Positions 52,421-61,756 of a stretch of 64,000 bases of DNA are shown here, piece after piece. The notes beneath the pieces were generated by a model, which saw only the letters and a program-made list of their open reading frames with translations, was not told where the DNA came from and did no database searches. This stretch comes from an uncultured Candidatus Poseidoniales archaeon (lineage in GTDB: Archaea; Thermoplasmatota; Poseidoniia; Poseidoniales; Poseidoniaceae). The position numbers and the translations under genes are program-made. The first letter of the stretch is position 1; every line of letters starts with the position of its first letter. The DNA is taken from positions 13,040 through 77,039 of the forward strand of contig CACLCM010000003.1 of assembly GCA_902605365.1 (NCBI GenBank), in the 5' to 3' direction.

Positions 52421-53644
52421 ATGGCAAAAAAACACAGTGGAGGACACAAAGGCGGATCTGGTAAATCCAGTAAAGCAATGAAGTACCTCATCAAAGCAGA
52501 CCTAAAGGTCAACGGAAACGTCCAGCGCAAGGACATTATTGGCGCAATCATGGGGCAGACAGAAGGTCTGCTTGGTGATGATTTAGAACTACGCAAACTA
52601 CAGCGAACAGCACGCATCGGCCACGTCGATGTCGAGGTTAAGAGCAGCGGTGGCAAAGTGAATGGCGAGATATTAATCCCCAGCAGCATGGACAATGTAG
52701 AAACAGCAATTATTGCATCTAGTCTCGAGACTATCGATAGAATCGGGCCTTGTGCAGCAAAAATAGTTGTAACAGAAATTCAGGATGTTCGCTCAACTAA
52801 AGTTAACGCAGTTATCGACCGAGCGAAAGACCTCCTATTGGAAATGGTCAATTCTGGCGATGCAGCCACAAAGACAGTAATCGAAGAAGTTCGCAGTGTA
52901 CTAACAGTTGGTACAGCAAAGAGCTACCATGGATTAACATGTGGTCCTAATATCGAGACCAGCGATTCACTAATTATTGTGGAAGGCAGAAACGATGTAC
53001 GTAATCTGCTCAACTTCGGAATAAAGAATGCAATTTCATGCGATGGAGCGGGTACGATTAAACAAGAACTAATCGACTTAGCGAAAGCAAAGGGTAATGT
53101 CATTCTGGCAATAGATGGCGATAGAGGTGGCGAGATGTTATTCCGTCAACTCAATGAAATCATGAAGATAGACTTCGTCGCTCAAGCCCCTGTTGGCCAA
53201 GAGTGGGAATTACTACCGCAGAAAACCGCAACTAAGTGCCTATCACAGAAGGTTGAAACTGCTAAGTTCGCAGCAAAGCTACCCGAAGATGCTCCTAGCG
53301 AAGGTTCAGATGCATGGCTGGAAGAAGGCGCAGAAGAAGCGGCAGAAGAGGCACCGGCTGAAGTACACGAATACTTCGATCACATTGCAGATTTGAAAGC
53401 TAACAATGCAGTCTTTGTAAATGTGGACGGAACTATTTCTGATGCAGTTGGACCATCTAAATTGGCAGCGGCTGCCGAAGAAGCAGATGGCGCAGTAGCA
53501 ATTGTATTCAATGGAGCAGTCACCGACAGAGTCCTTGACATCGCTTCAGAAGCAGCAATTGAAACAGTAGTCGGTACCAAGGAAGGCAAAGGATTCGCAT
53601 CTCGCGATGACGTCAAAGCTTGGCTTACCGAGAAGCACGCTTGA
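52421..53644 (+). CDS. dnaG: Archaeal DnaG-type primase (TOPRIM)
   Basis: KYLIKADLKVNGNVQRKDIIGAIMGQTEGLLG N-terminal domain. TOPRIM motifs IIVEGRNDV and AIDGDRGGE. Confidence 0.9.
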   Translation: MAKKHSGGHKGGSGKSSKAMKYLIKADLKVNGNVQRKDIIGAIMGQTEGLLGDDLELRKLQRTARIGHVDVEVKSSGGKVNGEILIPSSMDNVETAIIASSLETIDRIGPCAAKIVVTEIQDVRSTKVNAVIDRAKDLLLEMVNSGDAATKTVIEEVRSVLTVGTAKSYHGLTCGPNIETSDSLIIVEGRNDVRNLLNFGIKNAISCDGAGTIKQELIDLAKAKGNVILAIDGDRGGEMLFRQLNEIMKIDFVAQAPVGQEWELLPQKTATKCLSQKVETAKFAAKLPEDAPSEGSDAWLEEGAEEAAEEAPAEVHEYFDHIADLKANNAVFVNVDGTISDAVGPSKLAAAAEEADGAVAIVFNGAVTDRVLDIASEAAIETVVGTKEGKGFASRDDVKAWLTEKHA

Positions 53645-53679
53645 AGCCACCTACAAGGTGAAGTTTCATCAGCGGAGAG

Positions 53680-55560
53680 GTGTCATCGCTCTTTATGGGC
53701 GATGATGCCTCACCAGTTGCAATGCCTGCCCCGGCAGTTACAGTAAATCGAAATTCAGGAGCCCAAATGGCTCTTGCATTAACGGTTTTTGCTCTTGTTT
53801 TAGCATCTAATTCGATAATTAACGAATCATGGCTAACCACAACCCTGGAAGATGAAGATTTCTCAATTACTGCAGACTACAGTCTAACAGAAGTTACCGC
53901 AGAGAATAATGCAGCCGGAGAAATTGAATCGGTGTCTTACGAATCGCTTTACGATGATTGTAAGGACCTAGAGGGAGAAGAAATCGAAGCAATTTGTGCG
54001 GACAGAAAAGATATGCACGATGCAGGATATGTTGCAATAATCATGCTAATCGTTAGCAGTATTTTGTTGCTGGTTGCAACGGTTATGCAAGTTCGTTCAA
54101 TGATTGGAATGGGTCAAAGAATTCCAAACCTCGTCTCGGCAACTGGCGGGATTTTCGTTGGCCTTTCTGTTTTGGTCTGGTGGCTAATGCTCCCAGACAC
54201 AGATTCAGACCTCGAGTGGGGCCAAGGATTGTGGATGGCATTAGTCGCCGCCGCCGCAGGCCTGATTGCAGGATTTAGCGGAACAATCCAATCTTGGATA
54301 GACGGGCCACCTAGAATGAGGGCTCAAGGCGTAAGGTCGGGCACAGGCATGAATGAGTTTGTTCTGAAGGAGTCTTCCTGTGGAGACCACACACTTTCGA
54401 TTTTAGCAGATTCAGACCTGATTAGAGTGGTTAGAGTCGAAAGAGTAGGCGCATCTCCTTCAATCAAAGATGTCCTTGCAACCCGTCGTGATTCATACAC
54501 GGGGTTCTCTCACCAGCGCCTTGATTGGCTAGATGATTTCAAGGGATTATGGTGGGTTCTTTCCGGAGCATCGTTAATTTCATCATTCATGATTAGTGCA
54601 TTATTCCTGATTCCATTTGTCATTGCAGCACTACTCGCTCTTCTGCAATTAATGGACCCTGAGAGATTTGTAGTATCTACTAACTCAGGAGACCACCCCT
54701 TCTACATCAATCGATGGCGTTCCAACCGAGAATTAACAAATCTAGCAATGGACTTGGTCGATGAGGCTATGATTTCAGTCCTACGCGGAAATGATTTGGA
54801 TACCAGCACGTTAGATGCTAGGGCTGATTTGATCGCAGAAAGATTCAGCGCAGAAAGGGAAGCCAAGCAAGAGGCCGAACAAGCAGCAGCTGCCGAAAAA
54901 GAAGCATTCATCGCAGCGGCGTCTGCAGCAAAACTAGCGGCAAAAGCAGCGAAAGAAGCCGAGGCACAAACGCCACCCCCTTCGGAAGCACCTCCACCTG
55001 GTACAACTCCTATTGGGCCACCAAGTACAGTTGCACAAACACCAGTTCCGCCGGCACAAATCCCTCCACCGCCCGGGCAAATTCCAGCGCCTCAAGTTGT
55101 AGAAGAGGCAGTAGAGCCTGTTCCAGAACCAGCAGTAGAAGCGGTAGAAGAGACTCCAGCAGAACAAACCGAAGAACCCACCTCAGAACCAGTCCCTGAG
55201 CCAGAAGTTGTAGAAGAGGCAGTCCCAGAAACTCCTGCGCCCGTTCCAGCAGTTACCATACCTCCTCCTCCACCATTGCCAGCAGTAGCAGCGCCGCCTC
55301 CAGCAGCACTCCCTCCCCCGCCAGCGGCACTACCTCCGCCTCCAGTAGCAATGCCTCCACCTCCTGCTATTATGCCTCCACCTCCGGGTTTAGGTGGAAT
55401 GGCACTACCTCCACCTCCAGCGGGCGCTGCAATACTTCCGCCTATGGCAAATCCGCAACCAGTTTCGCCGCCGCCTCCAGTTTTGGTACAGGCAGCTCCT
55501 CGTGAAGAAAATCTTTCAGACGATGAGAAAGACAACTTATTGGGCGATTTGAGTTCGTAA
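53680..55560 (+). CDS. Membrane protein with a C-terminal Ala/Glu coiled region, PE/VE-rich linker and polyproline tract
   Basis: About 6 hydrophobic helices. C-terminus PPPPAALPPPPAALPPPPVAMPPPPAIMPPPPGLGGMALPPPPAG and acidic tail LSDDEKDNLLGDLSS. Confidence 0.65.
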   Translation: MSSLFMGDDASPVAMPAPAVTVNRNSGAQMALALTVFALVLASNSIINESWLTTTLEDEDFSITADYSLTEVTAENNAAGEIESVSYESLYDDCKDLEGEEIEAICADRKDMHDAGYVAIIMLIVSSILLLVATVMQVRSMIGMGQRIPNLVSATGGIFVGLSVLVWWLMLPDTDSDLEWGQGLWMALVAAAAGLIAGFSGTIQSWIDGPPRMRAQGVRSGTGMNEFVLKESSCGDHTLSILADSDLIRVVRVERVGASPSIKDVLATRRDSYTGFSHQRLDWLDDFKGLWWVLSGASLISSFMISALFLIPFVIAALLALLQLMDPERFVVSTNSGDHPFYINRWRSNRELTNLAMDLVDEAMISVLRGNDLDTSTLDARADLIAERFSAEREAKQEAEQAAAAEKEAFIAAASAAKLAAKAAKEAEAQTPPPSEAPPPGTTPIGPPSTVAQTPVPPAQIPPPPGQIPAPQVVEEAVEPVPEPAVEAVEETPAEQTEEPTSEPVPEPEVVEEAVPETPAPVPAVTIPPPPPLPAVAAPPPAALPPPPAALPPPPVAMPPPPAIMPPPPGLGGMALPPPPAGAAILPPMANPQPVSPPPPVLVQAAPREENLSDDEKDNLLGDLSS

Positions 55561-58311
55561 TCAGCGAACTCCACCTGAGCTAGATAGCATCACTCTACGC
55601 TTTAGCACTTTTACTTCGTTTGCCAATCCCTCAGTGTCATCTGAAGCCGGTAACTCGAATTCATCCGCGTCTAATGGAACCATGGTGCCCGGTCCGGGTG
55701 TTCTTTCCAGCGCTTTGCCCAATGCAATTGCGTCGTTGAGTAAAACGCCTTCAGAGCCATTGTGTCTCGCTTCAAGGCGAGTCCTTGTCCATTTAGACAA
55801 TCCATCTGCTAAGTCAGCAAGAGTAGCTAGTAACGATAATCTCTTTCCGTCAGATTCATCTCCATTTGGAATTAACCGCAATGCTAAACGCAGCAACCTG
55901 TCTAATCTCATGTCTCTTGGCTCTATGCCAACATGAGATGCTAAGGTTCTACGAACTAAAGAAAGATCCTCATTGTCTTCCAGCAGATCGGCTTCATCTT
56001 CTAGACCGAGGGCGCGCAATAACTTAACCAAACTAGCAGAATCTCCATCATTAGGAATCGAATTGTCTGAAGATGAAGGCTCTATGACTTCAACCACTGG
56101 GACGAAATCCTCGACATCTTCGTCTTCCTCTACAGCCTCTGGAACCTCTCCGATAACGGTGGTTTCGCTAGGAGCCTCTAATTCGATTTCAACAACCGGT
56201 TCAGGCGCTACAATTTCCTTCTCTTCAATAACTTCCTGAACCGTTTCAACTATCGGCTCAACGATTTCTTCTTCAGAAGAATCCATTTCCTCCAGGATTG
56301 CCTCCATTGCATCTTCTACAGTGTTTTGAGGTACTGGAATTAACATTGGTCTAGAGCGCTTCCTAGGCCTCCAAGATATGAAAGAAAAGTGTTCATCAAC
56401 AACGTCTTTTTGAGCGAGCCCCATCATCAATTGAGGAATATTTGCGGCTAAAGCCTCAAGCCTGTCAGGTCTTGAAAGATCAAGATTTACTGAGATTGAA
56501 AGTTCTGGGTCTCTGGTCCAATCAAGATTTGAAACCCTTCTTCGTAATCTTTCGTGGCCCGCAACAGCTTCTCTCATCGATACGATGCGTAGCGCCAGAC
56601 CAACTGGGTTTTCTTCTAACATTTCGTTGATGGCATCAACAGAAAATCCGTTCTCATACCAGGCATCAATCTCTTCCTTAATACGCCCTTCTAGGCGTTC
56701 AATTGGAATTCCTGAATGCTGTTTGTTTAGCCGGGTATCAGAAATCAAGGACTCGAACTCTGCAAGTGAGAATACTGCGGTGGGGGTGTCTTCTGCCAAG
56801 CCGCTTCTCACTAACTCCATCCATTCACTTTCTAACATTGAGCGATGCCTAGCGCCCCTTCTAGCACGACTATCTACGAAATCACCAGTCTCTTCCAGAA
56901 GGTCTCTATCAAGGTCAAACTCTCGTAAAATAGCAACTCTTCTGAGTATTTCTTCTTCTCCATCAATTGAAGCATCTAATGCCATTAACGCATCGATAAG
57001 AGTTGAAGCAGCACTGTATTTTTCTTCCTCGCGCTTGAGCCAAGCAATAGCACTTCTCGGCTCTTCAGCAAGCCTTTTTCTCCAACTGTCCATGGCAAAA
57101 CCAAGATCTTCCCATGCGTTGATAATTTGCATGCCCTCCAACTCTAACTCTCGCCATTCTTGGTCTAATGAGTCTACTAGGTCAATGAATTCCTCTGTAA
57201 GTTCGAGGCGTCCAGCAATAGTCGAGTTCTGACATCGGTCCGGCCACAGCGATTCAAAATCACTCCACCTCTCTAGAGCACGTAAATGAATTTGAACAGT
57301 CTTTTCTATTTCTGGGAGGCCGGATTCCCAATCAAGTAATTCGTGTGGTGGAATTTCAGATTTATTTGGAAATATTATGCCCATTTCTTTCCATTCATCT
57401 ACCGTTTTATTTAGGGTGGATAGGCGGCTACTAAGGTTGCCAATAATCGCATCTACCTCTTCAGTAATTTCTCCTCTTTCTTTCGCCAAAAGACGGTCTG
57501 CTAATTCTTCATCAAATGGCCGAATTTCCTTTTCGATCTTCAAACGATTCATCCTAGCTTCATCGGCTTTTGATTGTAAGGAGGTAAGGTGGTCAAGGGC
57601 ATCACTAATCTTCATCCGCCTCGCCGAAGAGGCATCGATTCCATCTCTGCTGAGTAAGTCGATCATCTCGCCAACAACCTCTCTTCTGCGGGCTTCATCG
57701 CTCTCGATTTCGTCGAGCATAGAATTGATTAGATTCTCACTACTAACATCATCGAAAAGTATCAGCAAAGGCTGACATGCTGAAAACGAGGAAGGGTCGA
57801 GAGCATTCAATCTCTTGACAATGGCTGTAAGATTTGAGCGCCTATCCCTCTCAGCCCACCGCTCTTCTGCTTTGTGAGCATATGGCTCCCAAGGGCGGTT
57901 TGTAGCAGCGTCCTTTTCCCAATTCTCAAGCAAGGAATCGGTATTCGCTACATCATCTAAATCTCCTAACCACCGTCCTTTCTTCTCTCTCGATACCGAT
58001 GAATCAATCACTCTACGGCGTAATGTACGGTTTCTCGAAACCATAGCATCGAACCGAATTAACAATTCACTGGCAAGCGACGGTTCTGCCCTTAACGATT
58101 CACGGAATGAGGTAACATCGAAACCTTCGTGGGACCACGCCTCAAGGCGCTCTTTCCACCAGTGGTTATCGTCCATGAGCCTCACCCGTGCCCCTACTGG
58201 TCGGTGTAGGCGTTTGAACTTACCTTCATCCATCACCCCAGACTCTACTTTCGGTGATTGCAGAGGGGTCGCGGAAACGCTCTCTCGCGTGCAAGTCGCG
58301 TAGGAGAGCAT
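55561..58311 (-). CDS. Large acidic hypothetical protein (916 aa) with four W-x3-GF-type internal modules
   Basis: Modules LEAWSHEGFDVTSF, VDEWKEMGIIFPNK, INAWEDLGFAMDSW, IDAWYENGFSVDAI. PE/VE-rich acidic linker. Likely start at 58233 (MDEGKF). Confidence 0.65.
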   Translation of the reverse strand: MLSYATCTRESVSATPLQSPKVESGVMDEGKFKRLHRPVGARVRLMDDNHWWKERLEAWSHEGFDVTSFRESLRAEPSLASELLIRFDAMVSRNRTLRRRVIDSSVSREKKGRWLGDLDDVANTDSLLENWEKDAATNRPWEPYAHKAEERWAERDRRSNLTAIVKRLNALDPSSFSACQPLLILFDDVSSENLINSMLDEIESDEARRREVVGEMIDLLSRDGIDASSARRMKISDALDHLTSLQSKADEARMNRLKIEKEIRPFDEELADRLLAKERGEITEEVDAIIGNLSSRLSTLNKTVDEWKEMGIIFPNKSEIPPHELLDWESGLPEIEKTVQIHLRALERWSDFESLWPDRCQNSTIAGRLELTEEFIDLVDSLDQEWRELELEGMQIINAWEDLGFAMDSWRKRLAEEPRSAIAWLKREEEKYSAASTLIDALMALDASIDGEEEILRRVAILREFDLDRDLLEETGDFVDSRARRGARHRSMLESEWMELVRSGLAEDTPTAVFSLAEFESLISDTRLNKQHSGIPIERLEGRIKEEIDAWYENGFSVDAINEMLEENPVGLALRIVSMREAVAGHERLRRRVSNLDWTRDPELSISVNLDLSRPDRLEALAANIPQLMMGLAQKDVVDEHFSFISWRPRKRSRPMLIPVPQNTVEDAMEAILEEMDSSEEEIVEPIVETVQEVIEEKEIVAPEPVVEIELEAPSETTVIGEVPEAVEEDEDVEDFVPVVEVIEPSSSDNSIPNDGDSASLVKLLRALGLEDEADLLEDNEDLSLVRRTLASHVGIEPRDMRLDRLLRLALRLIPNGDESDGKRLSLLATLADLADGLSKWTRTRLEARHNGSEGVLLNDAIALGKALERTPGPGTMVPLDADEFELPASDDTEGLANEVKVLKRRVMLSSSGGVR

Positions 58312-58336
58312 ATAGCCTCAAGAAAATGGCTGGCCG

Positions 58337-60583
58337 TTGATGGACCCGATCACCGTCTCGATGGGACTCGGTTTGTTTGCAGCAGGAGGGGGTTTGGGCT
58401 GGTGGCTCACAAAAACCCACGAATCGCTGGACGGACTGGGCGATGGCATGATCCTCCTGCAGGAAGCGCAGGCATCCACCTCTGCCATGATGGGCAAGAG
58501 AATGGATGGATTAGAAACTAGCATTCAGCGACTTGTCGCTGGCTTAGATGGCGTGAGGGCAGCACATCCTGAATTGGATGGTACAATTCTTGCTTACGAG
58601 GCTCTACAAGGCCAAGGCGAAGCGATTGCAGCGTTGGAAACATTAGTTGCAGGAATTCCTTTGAACGCCGACCATGAAACCTCTCCTCTATTACCAATAG
58701 GTCCTGCTAGGTTAGCAGTCTCTCTGTTAGAAGCCATAGATGAAATGGATTATCTTTCAGCCCCGGATTCTAGGCGTATCGCATTGATCGCTCTAGAAAG
58801 CGGAAGACTATCAAGAGCGAAAGACCTGTTGCTACAATCTCATGCATCAGTTCCTGGAGACGACATTACACTACGTGTTCTCGAGCATACGGCAATATTG
58901 GCTGGAGATGCATTCGAGCGCCGTCGTTGGCTTGAAGAGAGACTTCGATTGAATCCTGATGAACCTGAATTACTGCGAGCTCACGCCCATCTGCTCGCAA
59001 CAATGGGGGACGAGGATGCTCACAAAGACATCATGCGTCTAGAAGCACTAGGAGTCGACACTCCAGCAGACCGCTCACTATTATCCGGACTTCGTCAGCG
59101 CGCAGGTGCTCGCTCAGAAGCCCTTGAAGCGATTGAGAGTGCATTGGAAGAAGACCCATCACGCTCTGATGATTGGTGTGCTAGAGGAGAGATACTATTC
59201 GCTCTTGACGAGAAAGGCAAAGCTCTGGAAAGTGTAGACAAATGTCTAGAGTTAGACCGACAAAACGGTATTGCTTGGGCTGTACGTGCTAAGGTTCTTT
59301 CAGAGAGTCACGGCCGGTCTTCTGAAGCGCTTAAGGCAGCAATTCACGCAGTAGCACTAGATGCTGGTGGCACAGAATTGGTCATGTTGAAATCCGACTT
59401 ATTGGAGGCCAGTGGCGAGGACGTAAAGTCAGACGAGGCTTTGGAAAAGAGCCTAGCAACCCATCCTACAGATGGTCACCTGCGGGCCGCAATCGCAAGT
59501 CGCAGATTATTACAAGGGCGCCATACGGAAGCCTGGGATATTTTGAATTCAACACCGAGTGAAGTCTCACACCCAGACTTACATGCGGTTGAAGGAAGAA
59601 TGCATCTTGCAAACGCTGACCGACTTCGTGACGGAACTGGCGACACAGACGAAACACTACTAGTGGATGCAGCAGCATCCTTTGAGGCCGCTTTGGAAAT
59701 GGATAGAGAATCTGGAATAGCCTGGCTAGGTCTTGCTAGAGTACAACGTCTACTCGGTAATAGTGCAGAAGCCAAAGAGACACTCACACGTGCTCGCAGG
59801 CTACTGCCTGATGAGGACCCAAGCGCCGCAGCAGAATCTGCATTATTGTGCCTAGACAATGGCGACTTAGAAGGGGCAACTCAACATATCGATGCAGCAT
59901 CTATTCGTGGAGATGGAGCAATCGTTTCCTATGTTCGTGGAAACATTGCAGCAAACCAGGGCCATCTAAAGGCAGCAGAAACTCACTTCGATGCAGCTAT
60001 TGAAACCGACCCTACGCACGTGCGTGCACGCCTGAACAGAGCGAGCATTCACATGGCTAGCGGTAACGCCCAAGGTGCATTAGATGACGCAAATGTCCTG
60101 CTGGAATTAGCACCAGGGCTAGCACTTGCCAAATTGCGACGTGCTGAGGCTAACATGATGCTATCCAATTGGAGCGATTCGAAAACAGATCTCGAACAGA
60201 TTGTCGCAGATGCACCTCACCATCACCACGCTCTAACTCAGTTAGCGGCATGTTACATTTCGATGGAAAGGCCAGAGAAAGCAGAAGCTCCACTTAACGA
60301 AGCACTTAGATTGGCTCCAGAACACACTGATGCTTGGCATCAGAGAGGGCTACTATACCTCGACTGGGGCCGTGAAGAAGCAGCACTCAATGACTTCGAG
60401 GCAGCAGTCAGATGTGATGGAAATCACCTAGACGCACGCCTCCACATTGCAGCAATCCACCATGAAGCTGGACGCTTTATCGAAGCATCAGGAGCATGGA
60501 AAGGCGTTCTAGCAATAGAGCCAGAACACGCAGTCGCTCGTCGTAGAAGAGAAGAATGTGACATGGCTTTAGCCACAATGTGA
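58337..60583 (+). CDS. Membrane-anchored TPR-repeat protein (748 aa)
   Basis: N-terminal TM segment VSMGLGLFAAGGGLGWWL. Many 34-aa A/L/W-rich repeats (e.g. AWAVRAKVL, AWLGLARVQ, AWHQRGLLY). Confidence 0.7.
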   Translation: MMDPITVSMGLGLFAAGGGLGWWLTKTHESLDGLGDGMILLQEAQASTSAMMGKRMDGLETSIQRLVAGLDGVRAAHPELDGTILAYEALQGQGEAIAALETLVAGIPLNADHETSPLLPIGPARLAVSLLEAIDEMDYLSAPDSRRIALIALESGRLSRAKDLLLQSHASVPGDDITLRVLEHTAILAGDAFERRRWLEERLRLNPDEPELLRAHAHLLATMGDEDAHKDIMRLEALGVDTPADRSLLSGLRQRAGARSEALEAIESALEEDPSRSDDWCARGEILFALDEKGKALESVDKCLELDRQNGIAWAVRAKVLSESHGRSSEALKAAIHAVALDAGGTELVMLKSDLLEASGEDVKSDEALEKSLATHPTDGHLRAAIASRRLLQGRHTEAWDILNSTPSEVSHPDLHAVEGRMHLANADRLRDGTGDTDETLLVDAAASFEAALEMDRESGIAWLGLARVQRLLGNSAEAKETLTRARRLLPDEDPSAAAESALLCLDNGDLEGATQHIDAASIRGDGAIVSYVRGNIAANQGHLKAAETHFDAAIETDPTHVRARLNRASIHMASGNAQGALDDANVLLELAPGLALAKLRRAEANMMLSNWSDSKTDLEQIVADAPHHHHALTQLAACYISMERPEKAEAPLNEALRLAPEHTDAWHQRGLLYLDWGREEAALNDFEAAVRCDGNHLDARLHIAAIHHEAGRFIEASGAWKGVLAIEPEHAVARRRREECDMALATM

Positions 60584-60608
60584 TATGCGATAACCAACAC
60601 GCATCTAC

Positions 60609-61142
60609 ATGGGATACGAACCTGGAGATGTAGTAAGCGGATTTAGTCTAAGCAATGCCAATGGCGAAGGCGAAGTTACACTAGATGAAGTAATGACAGA
60701 AATGGGTGCCGTAGTTGTATTCGAATGCAACCATTGTCCATACGTTATCGGAAGCATAAAGCGAATCAACAAGGCAGCAGCTAAGGCTGCTGAACTTGGA
60801 ATGGGATTTGTTGGAATCAATTCTAACGACTCTGCAGTATATGCTGATGACTCCTTTGAGAATATGGTAAAGCGTGCTGAGAAAGGAATGCCTTACCCCT
60901 ACCTGCACGACGAGAGTCAAGAAGTCGCAACAGCATGGGGCGCAAAGAGGACTCCTGAATTCTATCTCCTAAATGGTGAAGGTGTAGTCGTCTATCGGGG
61001 ACGCTTGGATAATTCTCCCGGCAATGCAATGGAAGCAACTACCAGAGACTTAGCCGATGCAATGGATGCACACTCAATGGGCGACCTCCCACCTGTAAAC
61101 CGTACTGAATCGATTGGTTGCAGCGTGAAGTGGAAGTTATGA
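60609..61142 (+). CDS. Thioredoxin-fold (AhpC/TSA-like) protein
   Basis: VVVFECNHCPYV CxxC motif and TPEFYLL. 177 aa. Confidence 0.7.
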   Translation: MGYEPGDVVSGFSLSNANGEGEVTLDEVMTEMGAVVVFECNHCPYVIGSIKRINKAAAKAAELGMGFVGINSNDSAVYADDSFENMVKRAEKGMPYPYLHDESQEVATAWGAKRTPEFYLLNGEGVVVYRGRLDNSPGNAMEATTRDLADAMDAHSMGDLPPVNRTESIGCSVKWKL

Positions 61143-61639
61143 GTGGCTGTGTGCGCCAGTGCGACTGGGATGACAATCAAGTCTGCAGAACCTGCGGAAC
61201 CGATTACGCTCCCCCCAAACCACTGCGCCCGTTTCACCTTGCATTTCCTGTTGATGATTTAGAAGCAGCAAAGAAATTCTATGTTGAAGTTCTAGGTTGT
61301 TCTACCGGTCGAGAGAAAGAAGAATCGTGTGTTCTCAAATTCTATGGCCACCAAATCGTTGCACATTTAGTTCCTAAGATGCCTGAACTGTCTACCTCTC
61401 CTGTAGATGGTAAACAAGTGCCAGCAATGCACTTTGGAATAGTCATGGATTGGGATGATTGGCATCAATTACGGGCTAGGTTAGAATCCAAAAAAATCGG
61501 GTTTGTGCTTGGCCCTTACACTAGGTATGAAGATCATCCAGGGGCTCAGGCTACAATGTTCATCAAAGACCCATGTGGCAATCATCTAGAGTTCAAATCT
61601 TTCAAGGACGATTCTGCAATCTTTGATACCGAGTGGTGA
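61139..61639 (+). CDS. VOC (glyoxalase/bleomycin-resistance/dioxygenase) family protein
   Basis: FHLAFPVDDLEAAKKFYVEVLGC and GNHLEFK. ATGA overlap with the upstream gene. Confidence 0.7.
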   Translation: MSGCVRQCDWDDNQVCRTCGTDYAPPKPLRPFHLAFPVDDLEAAKKFYVEVLGCSTGREKEESCVLKFYGHQIVAHLVPKMPELSTSPVDGKQVPAMHFGIVMDWDDWHQLRARLESKKIGFVLGPYTRYEDHPGAQATMFIKDPCGNHLEFKSFKDDSAIFDTEW

Positions 61640-61640
61640 A

Positions 61641-61700
61641 TCAAAGGGTAGCGATGTATGCGTATGTGAATACTAGGGGCCCCTTGCATACGTCTCTATC
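61641..61700 (+). repeat. Intergenic repeat copy I (AAAGGGTAGCG core, AGGGGCCCCT palindrome inside a CGTATG..CATACG inverted repeat)
   Basis: TCAAAGGGTAGCGATGTATGCGTATGTGAATACTAGGGGCCCCTTGCATACGTC read directly. Confidence 0.6.
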
Positions 61701-61726
61701 CGAGAACGTTGGAAATATTCCGTAAG

Positions 61727-61732
61727 TTTATA
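61727..61732 (+). promoter_or_regulatory. TATA-like box (TTTATA) ~27 nt upstream of the ATG at 61757
   Basis: Motif and spacing read directly. Confidence 0.4.
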
Positions 61733-61756
61733 CACCCTTGGAATTAGAATAACTCT

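Noticed and set aside
54934-55574. Minus-strand ORFs (77 and 160 aa, Gly/Ala/Ser-rich), and the periodic DNA as a possible tandem repeat or CRISPR-like array
   Set aside because: They are antisense shadows of the polyproline (CCN) coding tract of the 626-aa protein. The periodicity is degenerate, has no spacers, and lies inside a long ORF.
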